Source: a bacterium (GTDB lineage: Bacteria; UBA8248). Taken from it: DNA of 64,000 nt. The stretch lies in the NCBI GenBank assembly GCA_965203325.1, contig OZ241875.1, forward strand, positions 1,856,001 through 1,920,000, given 5' to 3'. Each line of letters starts with the position of its first letter. Positions within the stretch are counted from its first letter, which is position 1. Of the stretch, positions 19,660 through 29,154 are shown in pieces. The notes under the pieces were generated by a model. It had not been told where the DNA came from and searched no databases. It was given only the letters and a program-made list of their open reading frames with translations. Both the position numbers and the translations under genes were made by a program.

Positions 19660-20556
19660 TCACGGGTCAATCCTCGAGGGCAGGCCCCCCATCTCGCGCA
19701 GCACCTCGAAGAAGGCGACGGTGTCCTCTTCCGCGTAGCCCCGTTCGTAGGCCATCTGCAGGACCTGCGACCAGATGTTCGTGAACAGCATGGGCGAGCC
19801 GTGGAGCTGGCCCTGCTCCAGCATGAGGCGCGAATCCTTGAGGGAGGTCTTCACCTGGCCCTGCTTCGAGTAATCCGCGTGAATCATCTTGGGGCCCTTG
19901 TCTATCATCGTCTTGGAAGAACACGCGCCGTCTTTCAGCACCTCCAGCAGGGTGTCCATCTCCAGGCCCACCTTCGCGCCGAGCATCAGCCCCTCCGCCA
20001 GGGCGAGCCGGTTGCCCGCCAGGATCATGTTGATGACGAGCTTCGTCCGCGCGCCCGAGCCCACCGGCCCCATGTGGTAAGCCGCCCGGCTGAAGCCCGC
20101 GAAAACGGCGCGGCAGGCGTCGAAATCCTCCGCCTCCCCGCCCGCGATGACCACGAGATCCTTCGCCACGGCCATCGTGCTCGTCCCGCTCACGGCGGAA
20201 TCGAGGAAGCGGACCCCCCGCTCGGCCAAATCCTCTGCGAGGCGAACCGAGTCCTCTGGACGCGAGGTCGTCGTGTCGAGAAGGTAGAGGCCCTCTTTCG
20301 CACCCTCGGCGATGCCGCCCGGGCCGAAAGTGGCCTCTCTCGCGACGTCGCTGGTGGGCAGGGAGGTGATCACGAAATTCACGCCGCTGGCGGCTGCCGC
20401 GGGCGTCTCGACGGGGTGGCCGCCTTTTTCGCTTAAGTCGTCCATGCGCGCGAGGTCCACGTCGAAGCCCTGCACCTCGAAACCCGTCTCCCGCATGTTC
20501 TTGATGAAGGCCTGGCCCATCAGCCCCATGCCCACGATACCCACGCGTTGCGACAT
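19660..20556 (-). CDS. beta-hydroxyacid (3-hydroxyisobutyrate-type) dehydrogenase
   Basis: GMGLMG, FLDSAVSG, GSGARTKLVIN. Confidence 0.9.
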   Translation of the reverse strand: MSQRVGIVGMGLMGQAFIKNMRETGFEVQGFDVDLARMDDLSEKGGHPVETPAAAASGVNFVITSLPTSDVAREATFGPGGIAEGAKEGLYLLDTTTSRPEDSVRLAEDLAERGVRFLDSAVSGTSTMAVAKDLVVIAGGEAEDFDACRAVFAGFSRAAYHMGPVGSGARTKLVINMILAGNRLALAEGLMLGAKVGLEMDTLLEVLKDGACSSKTMIDKGPKMIHADYSKQGQVKTSLKDSRLMLEQGQLHGSPMLFTNIWSQVLQMAYERGYAEEDTVAFFEVLREMGGLPSRIDP

Positions 20557-20710
20557 TCTCGTATCTCCTATGATGGCGATGAATTTCGCTCTCTTTTAGG
20601 GCTTTCTCATCCCGAGGACAAGCGCCCTGGGGAACAGTTCGGATCTGACGGCGCGCCTTACCCATTGACGGCGCTTTCGGAACCATCCCCAGCCGTTGTA
20701 TTCTCTCGTT

Positions 20711-20807
20711 GGGAGCGCATCGGTGCTGGTGTGCCGCCTGGACTTCAAATCCAGTGGACGGGGCTAATCACTTCGTCGGTGGGTTCGACTCCCACGCGTT
20801 CCCGCCA
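20711..20807 (+). tRNA. selC: tRNA-Sec (anticodon UCA)
   Basis: 97 nt; 8-bp acceptor stem GGGAGCGC/GCGTTCCC, CTGGA-CTTCAAA-TCCAG anticodon arm, long variable arm, GGTTCGACTCC, GCCA end. Confidence 0.95.
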
Positions 20808-20823
20808 TTTCACACCCAAAACA

Positions 20824-21567
20824 TCACACGATGGTCAAACCGCCGTCGAGCACCAGAACCTGGCCCGTCATGTAGGACGAACGCGTCGTCACCAGATATT
20901 CCATCGCGTCGAGCACCTCATCCACCCGGCCGAACCTGCCCATGGGAGATTTGCGGTAGCGCTCCGCGAGGTTCTCGGGGTCGCCCTCTCCCTGGGATTC
21001 CCTGAGCTTCGTGAGCACCGGACCCGCCGCGATGGCGTTCACGCGGATGTTCGAATCCGCCAGCTCGACGGCCAGCGCGCGCGTGAGGCCCTCGACGCCT
21101 CCCTTGACGGCGACGTAGACCACGCGCTCCTTGGCAGGCGTGCGCGCGTAGAAGCTCGACATGTTGACGATGGCGCCGCCGCCCCGCTTTTTCATCTCCT
21201 CGGCCGCGCGCTTCGCGCACAGGATGCCGCCCTTGAGGCCCACGCCCAGCGCGAGGTCTATCGTGGCTTCCTCGATCTCCGCCAGGGGGCCGTTCCCCCG
21301 AATGACGGCGCAGTTGATGAGAACGTCCACGCCGCCGAATCTCGCCGCCACCGCGTCGAAGGCATCCTCGACGCCCTTTTCATTCGAGATGTCCGCACAC
21401 ACCCCGAGGATGGCGTCACCCGCTTCGGTTTCGAGCCTGCGCAGGCCCTCTTCTTCCACGTCCAGGGCCGCCACTTTCGCTCCCATGCCCGAAAACCTGC
21501 GCGCGGCGTCCGCGCCGATCCCTCGCGCTGCGCCCGTGATGACGAAAATTTTATCCTTTAACTCCAT
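20824..21567 (-). CDS. short-chain dehydrogenase/reductase
   Basis: TGAARGIG, YVAVK, IRVNAI, VLDGG. Confidence 0.92.
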   Translation of the reverse strand: MELKDKIFVITGAARGIGADAARRFSGMGAKVAALDVEEEGLRRLETEAGDAILGVCADISNEKGVEDAFDAVAARFGGVDVLINCAVIRGNGPLAEIEEATIDLALGVGLKGGILCAKRAAEEMKKRGGGAIVNMSSFYARTPAKERVVYVAVKGGVEGLTRALAVELADSNIRVNAIAAGPVLTKLRESQGEGDPENLAERYRKSPMGRFGRVDEVLDAMEYLVTTRSSYMTGQVLVLDGGLTIV

Positions 21568-21616
21568 GATGGATGTCCTGTGAAGCTCTGCCCGAAAAAA
21601 GGTGAAAAGCTCACGT

Positions 21617-22627
21617 TCAAAGCGCCATCACTCCCTCGCCCTCGGAAATCTCGATCCTCGTCCCCAGCTTCTTGGAGAGCGATGCGAGCGTGCCCAGTAT
21701 TTCCGCCGCTTTCGGCTCCTCCTCGCCGAGTAGCCGGGGGCTGCCGTCCGCTTCGATCAACACGGGTGATACCGCCACCCGGCTGAGCGCTCCGCCTCTG
21801 AGAGTCAACTTCAGGCAAATCGACTCGCGCGCTGTGGGCAGGAACATCGGGTGGTCGTGATCCAGAACGAAGTTGCCGAGCGCGTAGAAAACGGGCCGCC
21901 CGCGGTACACCTCGACCCCCTGCACGATGTGGGGATGGTGGCCGACGACGACGTCCACCCCCGCCTCGATAGCCGCGTGCGCCGCCGCCTGCTGGGAAAG
22001 CGTGAGCGTGCGGCTCTGGCTCGCGCCCCAGTGGAACGAGGCCAGAAGGAAATCGACCCTCGGCCGCGCGCGCTCGACGTCGGTGATCATCGCCGCCAAA
22101 TCCTCCTCGTTGAGGTAGGGAGGGCCGTAGAGCGCATCCTGCCGGATGGGCGCGACGCCGGGCTTTGAAGGGCCTGCGCCCCAGCCCAGGGGGAGTTCCA
22201 GCACGTAGGACAAGAACCCGTACCGCACGCCGCCTCGCTCGATGACGGCGGGCGTTCGCGCTTCCTGGATGTTCCTGCCCGCACCCGAATATGCGATCCC
22301 GTTTCGTTCGAGCAACTCCATCGTCTCGACGAAAGGTTCGACGCCAAAGTCCATGCAATGGTTGCTGGCGAACGCCAGGACATCGAAGCCGCCCTCGAGA
22401 TACCCCTGAATCATCTCCGGGTCGTGGCGCATCACGATCTTCCCGCTCGCGGGCGCGCCCAGGTGGGACATCGAGGCTTCCAGGCCGCCGAAGCGCAGAT
22501 CGGCCGCTTCCAGATACGAGGCGACCTTCGAAAAAGTATTCCGGGGTTCTGCGCGGTCGATCTCCATGTCGCCCACAACGACGAGCGTGGATTCTATATC
22601 CGAAAAATCCTGCGCTTCATCCGACAA
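21617..22627 (-). CDS. CapA-family (PGA_cap) metallophosphatase-like protein
   Basis: VGD, ASNH, FHWG, GHHPH, YALGNF; start uncertain (TTG 22627 or 22678). Confidence 0.85.
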   Translation of the reverse strand: MSDEAQDFSDIESTLVVVGDMEIDRAEPRNTFSKVASYLEAADLRFGGLEASMSHLGAPASGKIVMRHDPEMIQGYLEGGFDVLAFASNHCMDFGVEPFVETMELLERNGIAYSGAGRNIQEARTPAVIERGGVRYGFLSYVLELPLGWGAGPSKPGVAPIRQDALYGPPYLNEEDLAAMITDVERARPRVDFLLASFHWGASQSRTLTLSQQAAAHAAIEAGVDVVVGHHPHIVQGVEVYRGRPVFYALGNFVLDHDHPMFLPTARESICLKLTLRGGALSRVAVSPVLIEADGSPRLLGEEEPKAAEILGTLASLSKKLGTRIEISEGEGVMAL

Positions 22628-22696
22628 CGTCCACCCCCATCGTTGGAATACCGCGCATCCCTGCCCCCTTTCACTCAAAAGGACGCAGGGAACGCC

Positions 22697-23608
22697 CTAT
22701 TTCTTGTTTTCCCGTTCCAGGTAGGAGAGATACACGGCCGCGCTGTCCAGTTCTCCATTGCCTGCGCGCGCGCCTTCCCTGTACAGCGGCGCGCATGCGT
22801 TGCCTACCGGCGTCACGGCGCCGTTTCTCCTGGCCAGTCTGAGGCCAAGCCCGATGTCCTTCCGGATAACGTTCAGGGTGCTCCGGGGACGGCGATACCG
22901 GCCCCGCACCATGATGCCGCCGTGGCCATGGAACCCGCTCGAGTCGCCCGCGCGGCTTCTCTTGAGCGTGTCGAACAAAAAATCTTTCCCGAATCCGCTG
23001 CGTATCCCCAGCCTTAAGCCCTCGGCGATGACGCAACGCCCCATGGAGGTCATGTAGTTCACGACCACTTTCATCTTGGCCCCGGAACCAGACGGCCCGC
23101 AGTAAACCTGATCGGATAGCATCGTCTCCAGAAGCGGCGCCACCTTGTCGTAGGCCTTTTTGCTCCCGCCCACGAGAAACAAGCCTTCCCGATTCGTCAC
23201 GTGGTCGCTGTTGCCGCTTACGCTGGCGTCCAGGTAGGGAATTCCCCTCTTCCTGCAGAGTTCGGCTTGTTTTTTCGAATCCTCCGGATCCGACGTCGTC
23301 GTGTCGAGCACGACATCGGGCGCGGATTCGGGCGCGCAGGCCAGATAACCGTCTTTCCCGCGTGCCGTCTGAAGGGAGATTTTAGAGTTGGGAACGGAGA
23401 TGAATACGATGTCCGCCGCTTCGGCCACGGCGCGGGGCGATTCCAGGGCCTCACCCCCCAGGCGCCTGAACTTCCGCCTCGCCCCCGCCTGCACGTCGGT
23501 TCCCACGAGGCGATGACCGTCTGCGATGAGGTTTTTGGAAAACGCCTGTCCCATAAGACCCAGGCCGATGAAGCCGATGGTTATTTTCGTGTTCTTCTTT
23601 TTGGGCAT
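22697..23608 (-). CDS. beta-hydroxyacid dehydrogenase family protein
   Basis: GLGLMG, YLDASVSG, GSGAKMKVVVN. Confidence 0.9.
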   Translation of the reverse strand: MPKKKNTKITIGFIGLGLMGQAFSKNLIADGHRLVGTDVQAGARRKFRRLGGEALESPRAVAEAADIVFISVPNSKISLQTARGKDGYLACAPESAPDVVLDTTTSDPEDSKKQAELCRKRGIPYLDASVSGNSDHVTNREGLFLVGGSKKAYDKVAPLLETMLSDQVYCGPSGSGAKMKVVVNYMTSMGRCVIAEGLRLGIRSGFGKDFLFDTLKRSRAGDSSGFHGHGGIMVRGRYRRPRSTLNVIRKDIGLGLRLARRNGAVTPVGNACAPLYREGARAGNGELDSAAVYLSYLERENKK

Positions 23609-23665
23609 CTTGCCCCTCCCATCAAGAGATAATTTGGAAAAGCGCGAAGCAGGAGACGCAAGGGA

Positions 23666-24409
23666 CTACTCGCTTACGAGTTCCACTCTGTATCGGTGCT
23701 GGTCTCCGCGGTAATAGATTTGAGAGAATTCGACGGGCTCCCCGCTTTTGCTGTAGACGAAGGTTTCCACATACAACACCGGCGCCAGGACGCCGATGGA
23801 AAGATGGTCGGCGACGTCGCTATCGGCGATGCGCGCCTCGAACGTCTGCTGTATCTTGCCTAGCGGGATATTCAGTCGACTCTTCAGGATATGGAGCATG
23901 CTGCGGGTGCGTATATCTTCTTGCGGAATGTCTTTCGCAATCTTTTGGGGCAGATAATTCGTCACGTAGCAAAGAGGCGCTTCCTCCGCCATCCTGAGAC
24001 GCTGGACCATGGTCAGCTTCTCCCCGTCGCCCAGGCCGAAGAATTTCTGAAGCCGAGCCGAAGCGTCCACCTCCTCCGTCGAGATGACCCGCAGCTCCTC
24101 GCCGCCCGCGTCCTCCTCCCAGACGAGGCCGGTGAGTTGGATCATCTTCGATTTCACGCCTCCGTGGTTCACGAACGTGCCCTTGCGCCGCTCGCGCGTC
24201 AGGAGCCCTTCTTTCTCCAGTATGGCGAGGGCTTGCCGCAGGGTGACCCGGCTGACGCCGAAATGCTTGGAAAGGTCCAGCTCCTTCGGGAGTTTCATGC
24301 CCGCGAACAGTTCTCCGCTTTCAATTTTGCCGCGCAGGTGATTCGCGATTTGGTAGTAGTAAGGGATGAACTCGTTCGAAAACGGTTTTTCGGCGATCAG
24401 TTCCCGCAT
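23666..24409 (-). CDS. GntR-family (HutC/UTRA) transcriptional regulator
   Basis: PYYYQI...KLPKELDL..HFGVSRVTLRQAL...KGTFV; UTRA C-terminus PVEFSQIYYRGD. Confidence 0.93.
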   Translation of the reverse strand: MRELIAEKPFSNEFIPYYYQIANHLRGKIESGELFAGMKLPKELDLSKHFGVSRVTLRQALAILEKEGLLTRERRKGTFVNHGGVKSKMIQLTGLVWEEDAGGEELRVISTEEVDASARLQKFFGLGDGEKLTMVQRLRMAEEAPLCYVTNYLPQKIAKDIPQEDIRTRSMLHILKSRLNIPLGKIQQTFEARIADSDVADHLSIGVLAPVLYVETFVYSKSGEPVEFSQIYYRGDQHRYRVELVSE

Positions 24410-24521
24410 TCTCTCCTCGCTTTCACGTCCTCATAAACCAACGGGCTTCAGGTATCAAGCAAGGCGTAAGTTTCACATATCGCAACTTCGTTGAAAATCG
24501 GCATCTTCGCGAAAATAACAC

Positions 24522-24557
24522 TTGCGCTCCTTAATGGTATTAAATATAATACCATTA
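24522..24557 (+). promoter_or_regulatory. sigma70 promoter overlapped by a perfect inverted-repeat operator
   Basis: TTGCGC(24522)-17 nt-TATAAT(24545); TAATGGTATT-N6-AATACCATTA at 24532-24557. Confidence 0.75.
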
Positions 24558-24662
24558 TTCAAGATTTAATTGCTCATCTTGTTCAAGGCACCAGAGGCGA
24601 GAATTGTTTTCGTTGGCAGCGGGAATACATATTTCTTCGTTCACGTTTTGGGTGAGTTCCGC

Positions 24663-25415
24663 ATGAAACTCGAAGGACGCGCCGCGCTCGTCACCGGTGC
24701 TACACGCGGCATCGGCAAGGCTATCGCCCACGCATTGGCGCGAGAGGGCGCCAGTGTCGCCGTGCACTACCACGCAGGCGAGGCGGCGGCGCAGGAGGCG
24801 GCGAAAACGATTCGAGAAGCAGGAGGAAGCGCTTTCTGCGTTCAGGCCGACGTGAGCCGGCATGACGAGGTGAAGCGCATGTTCGGGGAATGCGAGAAGC
24901 AGATGGGCGGCGTGGACATACTCGTCAACAACGCGAGGCAACTGGTAAAGGGCAGAGCCTTCATGGAGATGAACTGGGAAGAGGACTACGAGCCTCAGAT
25001 TCAGGTGATGCTCAAGGGCGCTTTCCATTGCTGCCAGGCGGCGCTGCCGGGCATGCGCGAAAGGGGCTGGGGCCGCATCGTCAACGTCTTGTCCACCGTC
25101 CTGGGTGAGAAGCGCGCGCGAACGAATTCCTACGGTGCAGTCAAATCCGCCCTGCTCTATTTTTCGCAAAACCTGGCCGTGGAAACGGGTCCCTACGGGG
25201 TCACGGTCAACATGGTCTCGCCGGGCCTCACCGAAACGGAGCGGCCCATCCTCCATGCGGAGGATTATCAAAGAGAATACATCGACGCCATCCCGATGAA
25301 GCGCCTGGGGCGCTCTGAGGACGTCGGTGGCGCCGTGGTGTTTTTCTGCAGCGATGAGGCCGCTTACGTGACGGGCGTGAACATGGTCGTCTCGGGCGGT
25401 AAAGTAATCTTTTAA
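24663..25415 (+). CDS. short-chain dehydrogenase/reductase
   Basis: TGATRGIG, VNNA, YGAVK. Confidence 0.92.
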   Translation: MKLEGRAALVTGATRGIGKAIAHALAREGASVAVHYHAGEAAAQEAAKTIREAGGSAFCVQADVSRHDEVKRMFGECEKQMGGVDILVNNARQLVKGRAFMEMNWEEDYEPQIQVMLKGAFHCCQAALPGMRERGWGRIVNVLSTVLGEKRARTNSYGAVKSALLYFSQNLAVETGPYGVTVNMVSPGLTETERPILHAEDYQREYIDAIPMKRLGRSEDVGGAVVFFCSDEAAYVTGVNMVVSGGKVIF

Positions 25416-25442
25416 CGGTGCGCAACACGAAGGAGAGGAAAG

Positions 25443-26585
25443 TTGGGGTTATCGATCAAAGAGCGTGACCGCCGCCACGCGAATCTAAGAGCGGCAATGG
25501 AGCGCGAGGGTCTGGACGTTCTCGTCGTCTACGGCAACAGCGGACGCCAGGGGCCGCGCACGGGGAATCTGGCCTACGTCAGCAATTTCATCTCATTCTC
25601 CGGCCAGCAGATGCTGGTCTTCCCGCGAGAGGGGGAACCCATCCTGTTCGTGGGGGTGGAAAACCAGCGAATCGAATCCCTGCGAAACGGCTGGATCACC
25701 GACACCCGCTGCGAGGCCATGACGCCCGTTCCGAAGCAAGCATGCAACCACCTGAACGAGATCACCACTTCCAGTTCCAGAATCGGTATCTCTTCACTCG
25801 CCCTCATCCCCGTGGCCTGGCACCAGCAGCTTCTGGATCAGGTGAGCGCGAAAGAATGGGTGGAAGCGGGCGAACTCGTCTGGAAGCTGCGCCTCGTCCA
25901 AAGCGATGAGGAAGTCGAAATGTCGCGCCATGCGGCCCGGCTGGGTGATAAAGTATGGGATCACCTCTGCGGTTTCATACGTGAAGGGGTGACGGAACTC
26001 GACATGCGCGCCGAGATGGACCGGGTGATCATCCCCGAAGGGGGAGTTGAGAACTTCAACATGATGGGCCTGGCGAGCATGGCGAACGGCGGCGAAGCGC
26101 CCTGGGGCTACGTCATTCCCCAGACGGATCGCCCCATCAAGCAGGGCGACGCCGTCTTGCTGGAAATCTCCCCCCGAGTGCGGGGTTACTGGAACCAGAT
26201 AGTGCGTGTTCTTGCATTGGGCGAGGCGGAAAAGTGGCTGGTCGACGCCCACTTGGTTGTGCGCGAGGCGCGCGACGCCTCGCTGGAGCATCTTGGGCCG
26301 GGCAAGCCGATGGTCGGCATGGTCACGGCGATGAACGACGTTTTCGAGAAACACGGCTACGAGGTATGGCCCTACGGTCTGGTGCACCTCACGGGCCTGG
26401 ACCTCACGGATTACATGATCACGCCGGTATCCGAGGGAGAGTTGGAACCCGGCATGGTGGTGACGACGCATCCCATGTTCAACCTGGGCCCCAACCGCCA
26501 GATTTTCTGGGGTGAAACCTATCTGGTCACGGACGATGGCTATGAACCGCTGAACACGAGTACGGATGAATTGGTTTGTCTCTGA
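25443..26585 (+). CDS. M24 (creatinase/Xaa-Pro peptidase fold) hydrolase with non-canonical metal site
   Basis: Creatinase_N + pita-bread fold; ligand positions read E/Q/H/H/G instead of D/D/H/E/E. Confidence 0.8.
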   Translation: MGLSIKERDRRHANLRAAMEREGLDVLVVYGNSGRQGPRTGNLAYVSNFISFSGQQMLVFPREGEPILFVGVENQRIESLRNGWITDTRCEAMTPVPKQACNHLNEITTSSSRIGISSLALIPVAWHQQLLDQVSAKEWVEAGELVWKLRLVQSDEEVEMSRHAARLGDKVWDHLCGFIREGVTELDMRAEMDRVIIPEGGVENFNMMGLASMANGGEAPWGYVIPQTDRPIKQGDAVLLEISPRVRGYWNQIVRVLALGEAEKWLVDAHLVVREARDASLEHLGPGKPMVGMVTAMNDVFEKHGYEVWPYGLVHLTGLDLTDYMITPVSEGELEPGMVVTTHPMFNLGPNRQIFWGETYLVTDDGYEPLNTSTDELVCL

Positions 26586-26623
26586 CGGCTTGTTTGATTC
26601 TTACCTAAGAGGAGGAACAAGAG

Positions 26624-28138
26624 ATGAAAAGGCTTTGGCTCTGGATGGTTGTTCTATCGCTGTTGCTGCTCCCGGCGGGAGTGAAGGCGGCGCCCAAGGG
26701 GAAGGTGGTTCTGGGCATGGCCGGCGCGCTGACGACGTTCGATCCGCACACCTTCAGTTCCCTGCCGATTTCGATGCACCACCCGAACGTGTTCGAGACG
26801 CTGCTCGCGCGCGCCCCAGACGGCTCCATGACGAACCAACTCGCCGAGAGCTACAAGATGGTGGCGCCTACGGTTTGGGAGTTCAAGCTCAGGAAGGGCG
26901 TGAAGTTCAGCAATGGGGATCCCGTGAACGCTGCGGCCGTCAAGTTCAGCTTCGAGCGGATTCTCGACCCCAAAATGAAATCGAGGCAGTACCGCTACTT
27001 CAAGAGCATGGCGAAACTGGAAGTGGTCGATGAGCATACGGTCCGGATCCACACGAAAAAGCCCGACCCCATGCTTCCGCCGTTCCTGGCGATCTACGGC
27101 TTCATCGTGCCGCCCGACTACTACAAGAAACACGACAAGAAACACCTCTCGCGCAATCCCGTGGGCAGCGGGCCCTTCGTGATGAAGAAATGGCGCAAGG
27201 GCCAGGAAGTCGTCTACGAGGCGAACCCCAACGCCTGGAGAAAACCCAGGGTGAAGACGGCGGTCGTGAAGTTCATCCCCGAGTCCACCACGCGCGTCTC
27301 CGCGCTCATCTCGGGCGACGTGGACGTCATCGACAACCTGCCTCCGGCCCTGAGCGAGCGGGTCCGCGCGAGCGGCAAGACGGACGTCATCGCCAAGCAG
27401 TCGCCGCGCACGAACTACATCCTGATGGTGATCAAAGAGGGCGCGCCCTGGATGGACGTGCGGGTGCGCCGGGCCATGAACCTCGCCATCAACCGCCAGG
27501 CCATCACCAAGAACGTGATGATGGGCTTCGCCAAGTCGGTGGCGATCATCCAGGGTCCCGCGAGCTTCGGCTTCAACCCCGAACTCAAGCCCTATCCCTA
27601 CGACCCCGCCCAGGCGAAGAAGCTGCTCGCCGAGGCCGGATTCGCGAAAGGATTCTCCTTCGACGTGTACATCCCCCGCGGCCGCTTCATGATGGGCAAG
27701 GAAGCGCTCGAGGGCATCGCCGGACAGTGGGCGAAGGTCGGCCTCAAGGCGAACGTCCGCGTGATGGAGTGGGGCGCGATGAAGAAGATCATCTTCAGCA
27801 AGTACAAGAAGAAAGTGAAACCGTTCCTGTATTATCTGGCGCGGATGAACACGGCCTTCAGCGCCGAGCACATGTTCGCCGGCGCGATCAGCAGCCGCTC
27901 GGCTTACGGCGGATTCCGCGACAAGGCCGTGGACGCGATGATCAACGACGCGCGCTCGACGCTGGACAACAAATCGCGGGAGAAGAAATACCAGGAAATC
28001 GCCCGCGTACTGCGTCATGAGAAGGTGCCGATCGTTCCGCTGTATCAGACCTTCCGCATCTTCGGCGCGAACAAGAAGATAGACTGGAAACCGCGCGCCG
28101 ACGGAAAGCTGATAGCCGCCGAGGTCGGCCTCAAGTAG
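26624..28138 (+). CDS. ABC transporter substrate-binding protein, family 5 (Opp/Dpp)
   Basis: Signal peptide; FKLRKGVKFSNG, PVGSGPF, VRRAMNLAINR, YDPAQAKKLLAEAG. Confidence 0.93.
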   Translation: MKRLWLWMVVLSLLLLPAGVKAAPKGKVVLGMAGALTTFDPHTFSSLPISMHHPNVFETLLARAPDGSMTNQLAESYKMVAPTVWEFKLRKGVKFSNGDPVNAAAVKFSFERILDPKMKSRQYRYFKSMAKLEVVDEHTVRIHTKKPDPMLPPFLAIYGFIVPPDYYKKHDKKHLSRNPVGSGPFVMKKWRKGQEVVYEANPNAWRKPRVKTAVVKFIPESTTRVSALISGDVDVIDNLPPALSERVRASGKTDVIAKQSPRTNYILMVIKEGAPWMDVRVRRAMNLAINRQAITKNVMMGFAKSVAIIQGPASFGFNPELKPYPYDPAQAKKLLAEAGFAKGFSFDVYIPRGRFMMGKEALEGIAGQWAKVGLKANVRVMEWGAMKKIIFSKYKKKVKPFLYYLARMNTAFSAEHMFAGAISSRSAYGGFRDKAVDAMINDARSTLDNKSREKKYQEIARVLRHEKVPIVPLYQTFRIFGANKKIDWKPRADGKLIAAEVGLK

Positions 28139-28166
28139 TATCGATTCTATCATTCGAAGCGAAACT

Positions 28167-28212
28167 CCGGCCGGGGCGTGAATCAACCACGCCCTGGCCG
28201 GTGATTTTGATT
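28167..28212 (+). terminator. GC-rich hairpin after the SBP gene (attenuator/mRNA stabiliser)
   Basis: CCGGCCGGGGCGTG-loop-CACGCCCTGGCCGG followed by a T-rich tract. Confidence 0.6.
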
Positions 28213-28236
28213 TAACGTCTGCCCCTGGGTGGCTCA

Positions 28237-29154
28237 ATGGCCGGATATGTCTTTAAGCGCTTGATTCAGGCAATCGTCCTCCTCAAGTGCGTCATGATCA
28301 TCGTGTTTCTCCTGCTTCACATGACGGGCGACCCCGTCCTGGTGATGCTCGATACCGATGCGACCCACGAAGACATCGAGCACTTGAGGAAACTCATGGG
28401 GTTCGACCAGCCGCTCTACGTGCAGTACGGGCGGTTTTTCTCGAACGCCCTGCAGGGGAATTTCGGGGAATCCACCGAACACGGCGAATCGGCCATGGGC
28501 CTCGTTCTGGAGCATTTCCCGGCGACGATAGAGATGGCGGTCGGCGCCTTCGCATTCGCCGTGCTCATCGGGATTCCCTTCGGCTGTCTGGCGGCATTCA
28601 GAGAGGGTTCGACCTACGACAAGGGCTGCGTGGGAATCACGGTGCTGATGCAGGCGGTTCCCGATTTCTGGCTGGCGATCATGTTCATCATGTTCTTCTC
28701 GGTGACGCTGGGGCTTCTGCCCTCCTTCGGTCGCGGCGGGTGGGAGCATTTCATCATGCCGGCTTTCGCCGCCTCCACGTATCACCTCGCCCGGCTCGCA
28801 AGGCTCATGCGCTCACAGATGCTCGAGGTGCTGCGCCAGGACTACATCACCACGGCGCGGGCGAAGGGGTTGAGCGAAAAAATCGTGCTCATGGTGCACG
28901 CGCTCAAGAACTCCTCGATTCCCATCGTGACCGTCATGGGACTGGATTTGGGCATCCTTCTCGGTGGAACCGTGATCATCGAGGTCGTTTTCGCCTGGCC
29001 GGGGGTCGGGCGGTTGGTGGTCGATTCGATCGCGAACCGCGATTTCCCGATCGTCCAGGCCGCCGTGTTTCTGCTGGCGTCGGGGTTCGTGATCATCAAT
29101 CTGGCGGTGGATTTGGTTTACGCCTATCTCGATCCGCGGATAACGTACGAATGA
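28237..29154 (+). CDS. ABC transporter permease (OppB/DppB-like)
   Basis: QDYITTARAKGL, IEVVFAWPGVG, DPRI. Confidence 0.93.
   Translation: MAGYVFKRLIQAIVLLKCVMIIVFLLLHMTGDPVLVMLDTDATHEDIEHLRKLMGFDQPLYVQYGRFFSNALQGNFGESTEHGESAMGLVLEHFPATIEMAVGAFAFAVLIGIPFGCLAAFREGSTYDKGCVGITVLMQAVPDFWLAIMFIMFFSVTLGLLPSFGRGGWEHFIMPAFAASTYHLARLARLMRSQMLEVLRQDYITTARAKGLSEKIVLMVHALKNSSIPIVTVMGLDLGILLGGTVIIEVVFAWPGVGRLVVDSIANRDFPIVQAAVFLLASGFVIINLAVDLVYAYLDPRITYE

Noticed and set aside
19200..19660. AT-rich spacer with short TTCGATAAATT direct repeats and small ORFs
   Set aside because: No coding signal or interpretable structure
20780..20807. tRNA-Sec 3' end as att site for the integrases or the defence island
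   Set aside because: No duplicate of this sequence noticed elsewhere in the window, checked by eye only
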